Of a DNA stretch of 64,000 bases, positions 41,795 through 56,800 are shown one piece after another (within the stretch, counting starts at the first letter, position 1; every line of letters starts with the position of its first letter). The position numbers were made by a program, and so were the translations under genes. The notes under the pieces were generated by a model that saw nothing but the letters and a program-made list of their open reading frames with translations, made no database searches and was not told the DNA's origin. This DNA is from Eledone cirrhosa (Eukaryota), in the NCBI GenBank assembly GCA_964016885.1, contig OZ024750.1, positions 38,998,001 to 39,062,000 on the forward strand. The letters run 5' to 3'.

Positions 41795-41820
41795 ATTACC
41801 TGGGTGACAGTCGTTCTTGT
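41795..41820. other. 31-bp monomer (11-bp deletion), copy 3
   Basis: ATTACCTGGGTGACAGTCGTTC. Confidence 0.92.
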
Positions 41821-44800
41821 TAACTATTACCTGGGTACCTCTACGGTGACAGTGGTTCTTGTTAACTATTACCTGGGTACCTCTACGATGACTGCTTCTT
41901 GTTAACTATTACCTGGGTACCTCTACGGTGACAGTGCTTCTTGTTAACTATTAACTGGGTACCTCTACGGTGACAGTGCTTCTTGTTAACTATTACCTGG
42001 GTACCTCTACGGTGACAGTGGTTCTTGTTAACTATTACCTGGGTACCGCTACGGTGACAGTGCTTCTTGTTAACTATTACCTGGGTACCTCTACGGTGAC
42101 AGTGGTTCTTGTTAACTATTACCTGGGTACCTCTACGGTGACAGTGCTTCTTGTTAACTATTACCTGGATACCTCTACGGTGACAGTGCTTCTTGTTAAC
42201 TATTAACTGGGTACATCTACGGTGACAGTGCTTCTTGTTAACTATTACCTGGGTACCTCTACGGTGACAGTGCTTCTTGTTAACTATTAACTGGGTACCT
42301 CTACGGTAACAGTGCTTCTTGTTAACTATTAACTGGGTACCTCTACGGTGACAGTGCTTCTTGTTAACTATAAACTGGGTACCTCTACGGTGACAGTGCT
42401 TCTTGTTAACTATTACCTGGGTACCTCTACGGTGACAGTGCTTCTTGTTAACTATTAACTGGGTACCTCTACGGTGACAGTGCTTCTTGTTAACTATTAC
42501 CTGGGTACCTCTACGGTAACAGTGCTTCTTGTTAACTATTAACTGGGTACCTCTACGGTGACAGTGCTTCTTGTTAACTATAAACTGGGTACCTCTACGG
42601 TGACAGTGCTTCTTGTTAACTATTACCTGGGTACCTCTACGGTGACAGTGCTTCTTGTTAACTATTAACTGGGTACCTCTACGGTGACAGTGCTTCTTGT
42701 TAACTATTACCTGGGTACCTCTACGGTGACAGTGCTTCTTGTTAACTATTACCTGGGTACCTCTACGGTGACAGTGGTTCTTGTTAACTATTACCTGGAT
42801 ACCTCTACGGTGACAGTGGTTCTTGTTAACTATTACCTGGGTACCTCTACGGTGACAGTGGTTCTTGTTAACTATTACCTGGATACCTCTACGGTGACAG
42901 TGCTTCTTGTTAACTATTAACTGGGTACCTCTACGGTGACAGTGCTTCTTGTTAACTATTACATGGCTACCTCTACGGTGACAGTGCTTCTTGTTAACTA
43001 TTAACTGGGTACCTCTACGGTGACAGTGCTTCTTGTTAACTATTACCTGGGTACCTCTACGGTGACAGTGCTTCTTGTTAACTATTACCTGGGTACCTCT
43101 ACGGTGACAGTGCTTCTTGTTAACTATTAACTGGGTACCTCTACGGTGACAGTGCTTCTTGTTAACTATTACCTGGGTACCTCTACGGTGACAGTGCTTC
43201 TTGTTAACTATTACCTGGGTACCTCTACGGTGACAGTGGTTCTTGTTAACTATTACCTGGATACCTCTACGGTGACAGTGGTTCTTGTTAACTATTACCT
43301 GGATACCTCTACGGTGACAGTGGTTCTTGTTAACTATTACCTGGATACCTCTACGGTGACAGTGGTTCTTGTTAACTATTACCTGGGTACCTCTACGGTG
43401 ACAGTGGTTCTTGTTAACTATTACCTGGATACCTCTACGGTGACAGTGGTTCTTGTTAACTATTACCTGGGTACCTCTACGGTGACAGTGGTTCTTGTTA
43501 ACTATTACCTGGATACCTCTACGGTGACAGTGGTTCTTGTTAACTATTACCTGGATACCTCTACGGTGACAGTGGTTCTTGTTAACTATTACCTGGGTAC
43601 CTCTACGGTGACAGTGGTTCTTGTTAACTATTACCTGGGTACCTCTACGGTGACAGTGCTTCTTGTTAACTATTACCTGGGTACCTCTACGGTGACAGTG
43701 CTTCTTGTTAACTATTACCTGGATACCTCTACGGTGACAGTGGTTCTTGTTAACTATTACCTGGGTACCTCTACGGTGACAGTGGTTCTTGTTAACTATT
43801 ACCTGGGTACCTCTACGGTGACAGTGCTTCTTGTTAACTATTACCTGGGTACCTCTACGGTGACAGTGCTTCTTGTTAACTATTACCTGGATACCTCTAC
43901 GGTGACGGTGGTTCTTGTTAACTATGACCTGGGTACCTCTACGGTGACAGTGGTTCTTGTTAACTATTACCTGGATACCTCTACGGTGACAGTGGTTCTT
44001 GTTAACTATGACCTGGGTACCTCTACGGTGACAGTGCTTCTTGTTAACTATTAACTGGGTACCTCTACGGTGACAGTGCTTCTTGTTAACTATTAACTGG
44101 GTACCTCTACGGTGACAGTGCTTCTTGTTAACTATTACCTGGGTACCTCTACGGTGACAGTGCTTCTTGTTAACTATGACCTGGGTACCTCTACGGTGAC
44201 AGTGCTTCTTGTTAACTATGACCTGGGTACCTCTACGGTGACAGTGCTTCTTGTTAACTATTACCTGGATACCTCTACGGTGACAGTGGTTCTTGTTAAC
44301 TATTAACTGGGTACCTCTACGGTGACAGTGCTTCTTGTTAACTATTACCTGGGTACCTCTACGGTGACAGTGGTTCTTGTTAACTATTACCTGGGTACCT
44401 CTACGGTGACAGTGGTTCTTGTTAACTATTAACTGGGTACCTCTACGGTGACAGTGGTTCTTGTTAACTATTACCTGGGTACCTCTACGGTGACAGTGGT
44501 TCTTGTTAACTATTACCTGGATACCTCTACGGTGACAGTGGTTCTTGTTAACTATTACCTGGATACCTCTACGGTGACAGTGGTTCTTGTTAACTATTAC
44601 CTGGATACCTCTACGGTGACAGTGGTTCTTGTTAACTATTACCTTTGTACCTCTACGGTGACAGTGGTTCTTGTTAACTATTACCTGGATACCTCTACGG
44701 TGACAGTGGTTCTTGTTAACTATTACCTGGGTACCTCTACGGTGACAGTGGTTCTTGTTAACTATTACCTGGATACCTCTACGGTGACAGTGGTTCTTGT

Positions 44801-44869
44801 TAACTATTACCTGGATACCTCTACGGTGACAGTGCTTCTTGTTAACTATTACCTGGGTACCTCTACGGT

Positions 44870-47800
44870 GACAATGGTTCTTGTTAACTATTACCTGGGT
44901 ACCTCTACGGTGACAGTGCTTCTTGTTAACTATTACCTGGGTACCTCTACGGTGACAGTGCTTCTTGTTAACTATTACCTGGATACCTCTACGGTGACAG
45001 TGGTTCTTGTTAACTATTACCTGGGTACCTCTACGGTGACAGTGGTTCTTGTTAACTATTACCTGGGTACCTCTACGGTGACAGTGCTTCTTGTTAACTA
45101 TTACCTGGGTACCTCTACGGTGACAGTGCTTCTTGTTAACTATTACCTGGATACCTCTACGGTGACAGTGGTTCTTGTTAACTATGACCTGGGTACCTCT
45201 ACGGTGACAGTGGTTCTTGTTAACTATTACCTGGATACCTCTACGGTGACAGTGGTTCTTGTTAACTATGACCTGGGTACCTCTACGGTGACAGTGCTTC
45301 TTGTTAACTATTAACTGGGTACCTCTACGGTGACAGTGCTTCTTGTTAACTATTAACTGGGTACCTCTACGGTGACAGTGCTTCTTGTTAACTATTACCT
45401 GGGTACCTCTACGGTGACAGTGCTTCTTGTTAACTATGACCTGGGTACCTCTACGGTGACAGTGCTTCTTGTTAACTATGACCTGGGTACCTCTACGGTG
45501 ACAGTGCTTCTTGTTAACTATTACCTGGATACCTCTACGGTGACAGTGGTTCTTGTTAACTATTAACTGGGTACCTCTACGGTGACAGTGCTTCTTGTTA
45601 ACTATGACCTGGGTACCTCTACGGTGACAGTGGTTCTTGTTAACTATTACCTGGGTACCTCTACGGTGACAGTGGTTCTTGTTAACTATTAACTGGGTAC
45701 CTCTACGGTGACAGTGGTTCTTGTTAACTATTACCTAGGTACCTCTACGGTGACAGTGGTTCTTGTTAACAATTACCTGGATACCTCTACGGTGACAGTG
45801 GTTCTTGTTAACTATTAACTGGGTACCTCTACGGTGACAGTGGTTCTTGTTAACTATTAACTGGGTACCTCTACGGTGACAGTGCTTCTTGTTAACTATG
45901 ACCTGGGTACCTCTACGGTGACAGTGCTTCTTTTTAACTATGACCTGGGTACCTCTACGGTGACAGTGCTTCTTGTTAACTATTACCTGGATACCTCTAC
46001 GGTGACAGTGGTTCTTGTTAACTATTAACTGGGTACCTCTACGGTGACAGTGCTTCTTGTTAACTATTACCTGGGTACCTCTACGGTGACAGTGGTTCTT
46101 GTTAACTATTACCTGGGTACCTCTACGGTGACAGTGGTTCTTGTTAACTATTAACTGGGTACCTCTACGGTGACAGTGGTTCTTGTTAACTATTACCTGG
46201 GTACCTCTACGGTGACAGTGGTTCTTGTTAACTATTACCTGGATACCTCTACGGTGACAGTGGTTCTTGTTAACTATTACCTGGATACCTCTACGGTGAC
46301 AGTGGTTCTTGTTAACTATTACCTGGATACCTCTACGGTGACAGTGGTTCTTGTTAACTATTACCTTTGTACCTCTACGGTGACAGTGGTTCTTGTTAAC
46401 TATTACCTGGATACCTCTACGGTGACAGTGGTTCTTGTTAACTATTACCTGGGTACCTCTACGGTGACAGTGGTTCTTGTTAACTATTACCTGGATACCT
46501 CTACGGTGACAGTGGTTCTTGTTAACTATTACCTGGATACCTCTACGGTGACAGTGGTTCTTGTTAACTATTACCTGGGTACCTCTACGGTGACAGTGGT
46601 TCTTGTTAACTATTACCTGGGTACCTCTACGGTGACAGTGCTTCTTGTTAACTATTACCTGGGTACCTCTACGGTGACAGTGCTTCTTGTTAACTATTAC
46701 CTGGATACCTCTACGGTGACAGTGGTTCTTGTTAACTATTACCTGGGTACCTCTACGGTGACAGTGGTTCTTGTTAACTATTACCTGGGTACCTCTACGG
46801 TGACAGTGCTTCTTGTTAACTATTACCTGGGTACCTCTACGGTGACAGTGCTTCTTGTTAACTATTACCTGGATACCTCTACGGTGACAGTGGTTCTTGT
46901 TAACTATGACCTGGGTACCTCTACGGTGACAGTGGTTCTTGTTAACTAATACCTGGATACCTCTACGGTGACAGTGGTTCTTGTTAACTATGACCTGGGT
47001 ACCTCTACGGTGACAGTGCTTCTTGTTAACTATTAACTGGGTACCTCTACGGTGACAGTGCTTCTTGTTAACTATTAACTGGGTACCTCTACGGTGACAG
47101 TGCTTCTTGTTAACTATTACCTGGGTACCTCTACGGTGACAGTGCTTCTTGTTAACTATGACCTGGGTACCTCTACGGTGACAGTGCTTCTTGTTAACTA
47201 TGACCTGGGTACCTCTACGGTGACAGTGCTTCTTGTTAACTATTACCTGGATACCTCTACGGTGACAGTGGTTCTTGTTAACTATTAACTGGGTACCTCT
47301 ACGGTGACAGTGCTTCTTGTTAACTATGACCTGGGTACCTCTACGGTGACAGTGGTTCTTGTTAACTATTACCTGGGTACCTCTACGGTGACAGTGGTTC
47401 TTGTTAACTATTAACTGGGTACCTCTACGGTGACAGTGGTTCTTGTTAACTATTACCTAGGTACCTCTACGGTGACAGTGGTTCTTGTTAACAATTACCT
47501 GGATACCTCTACGGTGACAGTGGTTCTTGTTAACTATTAACTGGGTACCTCTACGGTGACAGTGGTTCTTGTTAACTATTAACTGGGTTCCTCTACGGTG
47601 ACAGTGGTTCTTGTTAACTATGACCTGGGTACCTCTACGGTGACAGTGGTTCTTGTTAACTATTACCTGGGTACCTCTACGGTGACAGTGCTTCTAGTTA
47701 ACTATTACCTGGGTACCTCTACGGTGACAGTGGTTCTTGTTAACTATTAACTGGGTACCTCTACGGTGACAGTGGTTCTTGTTAACTATTACCTGGGTAC

Positions 47801-50800
47801 CTCTACGGTGACAGTGGTTCTTGTTAACTATTACCTGGATACCTCTACGGTGACAGTGCTTCTTGTTAACTATTACCTGGGTACCTCTACGGTGACAGTG
47901 CTTCTTGTTAACTATTACCTGGGTACCTCTACGGTGACAGTGCTTCTTGTTAACTATTACCTGGGTACTTCTACCATGACAGTGCTTCTTGTTAACTATT
48001 AACTGGGTACCTCTACGGTGACAGTGCTTCTTGTTAACTATGACCTGGGTACCTCTACGGTGACAGTGGTTCTTGTTAACTATTAACGGGGTACCTCTAC
48101 GGTGACAGTGGTTCTTGTTAACTATTAACTGGGTACCTCTACGGTGACAGTGGTTCTTGTTAACTATTAACTGGGTACCTCTACGGTGACAGTGGTTCTT
48201 GTTAACTATTAACTGGGTACCTCTACGGTGACAGTGCTTCTTGTTAACTATTAACTGGGTACCTCTACGGTGACAGTGCTTCTTGTTAACTATTAACTGG
48301 GTACCTCTACGGTGACAGTGCTTCTTGTTAACTATTACCTGGGTACCTCTACGGTGACAGTGGTTCTTGTTAACTATTAACTGGGTACCTCTACGGTGAC
48401 AGTGGTTCTTGTTAACTATTAACTGGGTACCTCTACGGTGACAGTGGTTCTTGTTAACTATGACCTGGGTACCTCTACGGTGACAGTGGTTCTTGTTAAC
48501 TATTACCTGGGTACCTCTACGGTGACAGTGCTTCTAGTTAACTATTACCTGGGTACCTCTACGGTGGCAGTGGTTCTTGTTAACTATTAACTGGGTACCT
48601 CTACGGTGACAGTGGTTCTTGTTAACTATTACCTGGGTACCTCTACGGTGACAGTGGTTCTTGTTAACTATTACCTGGATACCTCTACGGTGACAGTGCT
48701 TCTTGTTAACTATTACCTGGGTACCTCTACGGTGACAGTGCTTCTTGTTAACTATTACCTGGGTACCTCTACGGTGACAGTGCTTCTTGTTAACTATTAC
48801 CTGGGTACTTCTACGATGACAGTGCTTCTTGTTAACTATTAACTTGGTACCTCTACGGTGACAGTGCTTCTTGTTAACTATTAACTGGGTACCTCTACGG
48901 TGACAGTGCTTCTTGTTAACTATGACCTGGGTACCTCTACGGTGACAGTGCTTCTTGTTAACTATTAACTGGGTACCTCTACGGTGACAGTGGTTCTTGT
49001 TAACTATTAACTGGGTACCTCTACGGTGACAGTGGTTCTTGTTAACTATTAACTGGGTACCTCTACGGTGACAGTAGTTCTTGTTAACTATTAACTGGGT
49101 ACCTCTACGGTGACAGTGCTTCTTGTTAACTATTAACTGGGTACCTCTACGGTGACAGTGCTTCTTGTTAACTATTAACTGGGTACCTCTACGGTGACAG
49201 TGCTTCTTGTTAACTATTACCTGGGTACCTCTACGGTGACAGTGTTTCTTGTTAACTATTAACTGGGTACCTCTACGGTGACAGTGGTTCTTGTTAACTA
49301 TTAACTGGGTACCTCTACGGTGACAGTGGTTCTTGTTAACTATTACCTGGATACCTCTACGGTGACAGTGCTTCTTGTTAACTATTACCTGGGTACCTCT
49401 ACGGTGACAGTGCTTCTTGTTAACTATTACCTGGGTACCTCTACGGTGACAGTGCTTCTTGTTAACTATTACCTGGGTACTTCTACGATGACAGTGCTTC
49501 TTGTTAACTATTAACTGGGTACCTCTACGGTGACAGTGCTTCTTGTTAACTATTAACTGCGTACCTCTACGGTGACAGTGGTTCTTGTTAACTATGACCT
49601 GGGTACCTCTACGGTGACAGTGGTTCTTGTTAACTATTAACTGGGTACCTCTACGGTGACAGTGGTTCTTGTTAACTATTTACTGGGTACCTCTACGGTG
49701 ACAGTGGTTCTTGTTAACTATTAACTGGGTACCTCTACGGTGACAGTGGTTCTTGTTAACTATTAACTGGGTACCTCTACGGTGACAGTGCTTCTTGTTA
49801 ACTATTAACTGGGTACCTCTACGGTGACAGTGCTTCTTGTTAACTATTAACTGGGTACCTCTACGGTGACAGTGCTTCTTGTTAACTATTACCTGGGTAC
49901 CTCTACGGTGACAGTGGTTCTTGTTAACTATTAACTGGGTACCTCTACGGTGACAGTGGTTCTTGTTAACTATTAACTGGGTACCTCTACGGTGACAGTG
50001 GTTCTTGTTAACTATGACCTGGGTACCTCTACGGTGACAGTGCTTCTTCTTAACTATTACCTGGGTACTTCTACGGTGACAGTGCTTCTAGTTAACTATT
50101 ACCTGGGTACCTCTGCGGTGACAGTGGTTCTTGTTAACTATTAACTGGGTACCTCTACGGTGACAGTGGTTCTTGTTAACTATTACCTGGGTACCTCTAC
50201 GGTGACAGTGCTTCTTGTTAACTATTACCTGGGTACCTCTACGGTGACAGTGGTTCTTGTTAACTATTACCTGGATACCTCTACGGTGACAGTGGTTCTT
50301 GTTAACTATTACCTGGGTACCTCTACGGTGACAGTGGTTCTTGTTAACTATTACCTGGGTACCTCTACGGTGACAGTGGTTCTTGTTAACTATTACCTGG
50401 ATACCTCTACGGTGACAGTGCTTCTTGTTAACTATTACCTGGGTACCTCTACGGTAACAGTGGTTCTTGTTAACTATTACCTGGATACCTCTACGGTGAC
50501 AGTGGTTCTTGTTAACTATTACCTGGGTACCTCTACGGTGACAGTGCTTCTTGTTAACTATTAACTGGATACCTCTACGGTGACAGTGCTTCTTGTTAAC
50601 TATGACCTGGGTACCTCTACGGTGACAGTGCTTCTTGTTAACTATTACCTGGGTACCTCTACGGTGACGGTGGTTCTTGTTAACTATTACCTGGGTACCT
50701 CTACGGTGACAGTGGTTCTTGTTAACTATTACCTGGATACCTCTACGGTGACAGTGCTTCTTGTTAACTATTAACTGGGTACCTCTACGGTGACAGTGCT

Positions 50801-53800
50801 TCTTGTTAACTATTACCTAGGTACCTCTACGGTGACAGTGCTTCTTGTTAACTATTACCTAGGTACCTCTACGCTGACAGTGGTTCTTGTTAACTATTAC
50901 CTGGGTACCTCTACGGTGACAGTGCTTCTTGTTAACTATTACCTGGGTACCTCTACGGTGACAGTGCTTCTTGTTAACTATTACCTGGGTACCTCTACGG
51001 TGACAGCGCTTCTTCTTAACTATTACCTGGGTACCTCTACGGTGACAGTGGTTCTTGTTAATTATTACCTGGGTACCTCTACGGTGACAGTGGTTCTTGT
51101 TAACTATTACCTGGGTACCTCTACGGTGACAGTGGTTCTTGTTAACTATTACCTGGGTACCTCTACGGTGACAGTGCTTCTTGTTAACTATTACCTGGGT
51201 ACCTCTACGGTGACAATGGTTCTTGTTAACTATTACCTGGGTACCTCTACGGTGACAGTGCTTCTTGTTAACTATTACCTGGGTACCTCTACAGTGACAG
51301 TGCTTCTTGTTAACTATTACCTGGGTACCTCTACGGTGACAGTGGTTCTTGTTAACTATTACCTGGGTACTTCTACGGTGACAGTGCTTCTTGTTAACTA
51401 TTACCTGGGTACCTCTACGGTGACAGTGCTTCTTGTTAACTATTACCTGGGTACCTCTACGGTGACAGTGGTTCTTGTTAACTATTACCTGGGTACCTCT
51501 ACGATGACTGCTTCTTGTTAACTATTACCTGGGTACCTCTACGGTGACAGTGCTTCTTGTTAACTATTACCTGGGTACCTCTACGGTGACAGTGGTTCTT
51601 GTTAACTATGACCTGGGTACCTCTACGGTGACAGTGGTTCTTGTTAACTATTACCTGGGTACCTCTACGGTGACAGTGCTTCTTGTTAACTATGACCTGG
51701 GTACCTCTACGGTGACAGTGGTTCTTGTTAACTATTACCTGGGTACCTCTACGGTGACAGTGGTTCTTGTTAACTATTACCTGGGTACCTCTACGGTGAC
51801 AGTGGTTCTTGTTAACTATTACCTGGGTACCTCTACGATGACTGCTTCTTGTTAACTATTACCTGGGTACCTCTACGGTGACAGTGCTTCTTGTTAACTA
51901 TTAACTGGGTACCTCTACGGTGACAGTGCTTCTTGTTAACTATTACCTGGGTACCTCTACGGTGACAGTGGTTCTTGTTAACTATTACCTGGGTACCTCT
52001 ACGGTGACAGTGCTTCTTGTTAACTATTACCTGGGTACCTCTACGGTGACAGTGCTTCTTGTTAACTATTAACTGGGTACCTCTACGGTGACAGTGCTTC
52101 TTGTTAACTATTACCTGGGTACCTCTACGGTGACAGTGCTTTTTGTTAACTATTACCTGGGTACCTCTACGGTAACAGTGCTTCTTGTTAACTATTAACT
52201 GGGTACCTCTACGGTGACAGTGCTTCTTGTTAACTATAAACTGGGTACCTCTACGGTGACAGTGCTTCTTGTTAACTATTACCTGGGTACCTCTACGGTG
52301 ACAGTGCTTCTTGTTAACTATTAACTGGGTACCTCTACGGTGACAGTGCTTCTCGTTAACTATTACCTGGGTACCTCTACGGTGACAGTGCTTCTTGTTA
52401 ACTATTACCTGGGTACCTCTACGGTGACAGTGGTTCTTGTTAACTATTACCTGGATACCTCTACGGTGACAGTGGTTCTTGTTAACTATTACCTGGGTAC
52501 CTCTACGGTGACAGTGGTTCTTGTTAACTATTACCTGGATACCTCTACGGTGACAGTGCTTCTTGTTAACTATTAACTGGGTACCTCTACGGTGACAGTG
52601 CTTCTTGTTAACTATTACATGGCTACCTCTACGGTGACAGTGCTTCTTGTTAACTATTAACTGGGTACCTCTACGGTGACAGTGCTTCTTGTTAACTATT
52701 ACCTGGATACCTCTACGGTGACAGTGGTTCTTGTTAACTATTACCTGGATACCTCTACGGTGACAGTGGTTCTTGTTAACTATTACCTGGATACCTCTAC
52801 GGTGACAGTGCTTCTTGTTAACTATTACCTGGGTACCTCTACGGTGACAGTGCTTCTTGTTAACTATTACCTGGATACCTCTACGGTGACAGTGGTTCTT
52901 GTTAACTATTACCTGGGTACCTCTACGGTGACAGTGGTTCTTGTTAACTATTACCTGGATACCTCTACGGTGACAGTGGTTCTTGTTAACTATTACCTGG
53001 ATACCTCTACGGTGACAGTGGTTCTTGTTAACTATTACCTGGGTACCTCTACGGTGACAGTGGTTCTTGTTAACTATTACCTGGGTACCTCTACGGTGAC
53101 AGTGCTTCTTGTTAACTATTACCTGGGTACCTCTACGGTGACAGTGCTTCTTGTTAACTATAACCTGGATACCTCTACGGTGACAGTGGTTCTTGTTAAC
53201 TATTACCTGGGTACCTCTACGGTGACAGTGGTTCTTGTTAACTATTACCTGGGTACCTCTACGGTGACAGTGCTTCTTGTTAACTATTACCTGGGTACCT
53301 CTACGGTGACAGTGCTTCTTGTTAACTATTACCTGGATACCTCTACGGTGACAGTGGTTCTTGTTAACTATGACCTGGGTACCTCTACGGTGACAGTGGT
53401 TCTTGTTAACTATTACCTGGATACCTCTACGGTGACAGTGGTTCTTGTTAACTATGACCTGGGTACCTCTACGGTGACAGTGCTTCTTGTTAACTATTAA
53501 CTGGGTACCTCTACGGTGACAGTGCTTCTTGTTAACTATTAACTGGGTACCTCTACGGTGACAGTGCTTCTTGTTAACTATTACCTGGGTACCTCTACGG
53601 TGACAGTGCTTCTTGTTAACTATGACCTGGGTACCTCTACGGTGACAGTGCTTCTTGTTAACTATGACCTGGGTACCTCTACGGTGACAGTGCTTCTTGT
53701 TAACTATGACCTGGGTACCTCTACGGTGACAGTGGTTCTTGTTAACTATTACCTGGATACCTCTACGGTGACAGTGGTTCATGTTAACTATTAACTGGGT

Positions 53801-56800
53801 ACCTCTACGGTGACAGTGCTTCTTGTTAACTATGACCTGGGTACCTCTACGGTGACAGTGGTTCTTGTTAACTATTACCTGGGTACCTCTACGGTGACAG
53901 TGGTTCTTGTTAACTATTAACTGGGTACCTCTACGGTGACAGTGGTTCTTGTTAACTATTACCTGGGTACCTCTACGGTGACAGTGGTTCTTGTTAACAA
54001 TTACCTGGATACCTCTACGGTGACAGTGGTTCTTGTTAACTATTAACTGGGTACCTCTACGGTGACAGTGGTTCTTGTTAACTATTAACTGGGTACCTCT
54101 ACGGTGACAGTGGTTCTTGTTAACTATGACCTGGGTACCTCTACGGTGACAGTGGTTCTTGTTAACTATTACCTGGGTACCTCTACGGTGACAGTGCTTC
54201 TACTTAACTATTACCTGGGTACCTCTACGGTGACAGTGGTTCTTTTTAACTATTAACTGGGTACCTCTACGGTGACAGTGGTTCTTGTTAACTATTACCT
54301 GGGTACCTCTACGGTGACAGTGGTTCTTGTTAACTATTACCTGGATACCTCTACGGTGACAGTGCTTCTTGTTAACTATTACCTGGGTACCTCTACGGTG
54401 ACAGTGCTTCTTGTTAACTATTACCTGGGTACCTCTACGGTGACAGTGCTTCTTGTTAACTATTACCTGGGTACTTCTACCATGACAGTGCTTCTTGTTA
54501 ACTATTAACTGGGTACCTCTACGGTGACAGTACTTCTTGTTAACTATTAACTGGGTACCTCTACGGTGACAGTGCTTCTTGTTAACTATGACCTGGTTAC
54601 CTCTACGGTGACAGTGGTTCTTGTTAACTATTACCTGGGTACCTCTACGGTGACAGTGCTTCTTGTTAACTATTACCTGGGTACCTCTACGGTGACAGTG
54701 CTTCTTGTTAACTATTACCTGGATACCTCTACGGTGACAGTGGTTCTTGTTAACTATTACCTGGGTACCTCTACGGTGACAGTGGTTCTTGTTAACTATT
54801 ACCTGGGTACCTCTACGGTGACAGTGCTTCTTGTTAACTATTACCTGGGTACCTCTACGGTGACAGTGCTTCTTGTTAACTATTACCTGGATACCTCTAC
54901 GGTGACAGTGGTTCTTGTTAACTATGACCTGGGTACCTCTACGGTGACAGTGGTTCTTGTTAACTATTACCTGGATACCTCTACGGTGACAGTGGTTCTT
55001 GTTAACTATGACCTGGGTACCTCTACGGTGACAGTGCTTCTTGTTAACTATTAACTGGGTACCTCTACGGTGACAGTGCTTCTTGTTAACTATTAACTGG
55101 GTACCTCTACGGTGACAGTGCTTCTTGTTAACTATTACCTGGGTACCTCTACGGTGACAGTGCTTCTTGTTAACTATGACCTGGGTACCTCTACGGTGAC
55201 AGTGCTTCTTGTTAACTATGACCTGGGTACCTCTACGGTGACAGTGCTTCTTGTTAACTATTACCTGGATACCTCTACGGTGACAGTGGTTCTTGTTAAC
55301 TATTAACTGGGTACCTCTACGGTGACAGTGCTTCTTGTTAACTATGACCTGGGTACCTCTACGGTGACAGTGGTTCTTGTTAACTATTACCTGGGTACCT
55401 CTACGGTGACAGTGGTTCTTGTTAACTATTAACTGGGTACCTCTACGGTGACAGTGGTTCTTGTTAACTATTACCTAGGTACCTCTACGGTGACAGTGGT
55501 TCTTGTTAACAATTACCTGGATACCTCTACGGTGACAGTGGTTCTTGTTAACTATTAACTGGGTACCTCTACGGTGACAGTGGTTCTTGTTAACTATTAA
55601 CTGGGTACCTCTACGGTGACAGTGCTTCTTGTTAACTATGACCTGGGTACCTCTACGGTGACAGTGCTTCTTGTTAACTATGACCTGGGTACCTCTACGG
55701 TGACAGTGCTTCTTGTTAACTATTACCTGGATACCTCTACGGTGACAGTGGTTCTTGTTAACTATTAACTGGGTACCTCTACGGTGACAGTGCTTCTTGT
55801 TAACTATTACCTGGGTACCTCTACGGTGACAGTGGTTCTTGTTAACTATTACCTGGGTACCTCTACGGTGACAGTGGTTCTTGTTAACTATTAACTGGGT
55901 ACCTCTACGGTGACAGTGGTTCTTGTTAACTATTACCTGGGTACCTCTACGGTGACAGTGGTTCTTGTTAACTATTACCTGGATACCTCTACGGTGACAG
56001 TGGTTCTTGTTAACTATTACCTGGATACCTCTACGGTGACAGTGGTTCTTGTTAACTATTACCTGGATACCTCTACGGTGACAGTGGTTCTTGTTAACTA
56101 TTACCTTTGTACCTCTACGGTGACAGTGGTTCTTGTTAACTATTACCTGGATACCTCTACGGTGACAGTGGTTCTTGTTAACTATTACCTGGGTACCTCT
56201 ACGGTGACAGTGGTTCTTGTTAACTATTACCTGGATACCTCTACGGTGACAGTGGTTCTTGTTAACTATTACCTGGATACCTCTACGGTGACAGTGGTTC
56301 TTGTTAACTATTACCTGGGTACCTCTACGGTGACAGTGGTTCTTGTTAACTATTACCTGGGTACCTCTACGGTGACAGTGCTTCTTGTTAACTATTACCT
56401 GGGTACCTCTACGGTGACAGTGCTTCTTGTTAACTATTACCTGGATACCTCTACGGTGACAGTGGTTCTTGTTAACTATTACCTGGGTACCTCTACGGTG
56501 ACAGTGGTTCTTGTTAACTATTACCTGGGTACCTCTACGGTTACAGTGCTTCTTGTTAACTATTACCTGGGTACCTCTACGGTGACAGTGCTTCTTGTTA
56601 ACTATTACCTGGATACCTCTACGGTGACAGTGGTTCTTGTTAACTATGACCTGGGTACCTCTACGGTGACAGTGGTTCTTGTTAACTAATACCTGGATAC
56701 CTCTACGGTGACAGTGGTTCTTGTTAACTATGACCTGGGTACCTCTACGGTGACAGTGCTTCTTGTTAACTATTAACTGGGTACCTCTACGGTGACAGTG

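Larger units (their letters stand above)
26080..54370. repeat. Large higher-order duplication, offset ~15.1 kb (~26.1-39.27 kb vs ~41.1-54.37 kb)
   Basis: ORF pairs 29345/44448, 31067/46170, 32663/47766, 35687/50790, 36730/51833 and 38455/53558 are all offset by 15103. Earlier parts are offset by 15019 and 15229 (whole-monomer differences). Confidence 0.95.
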
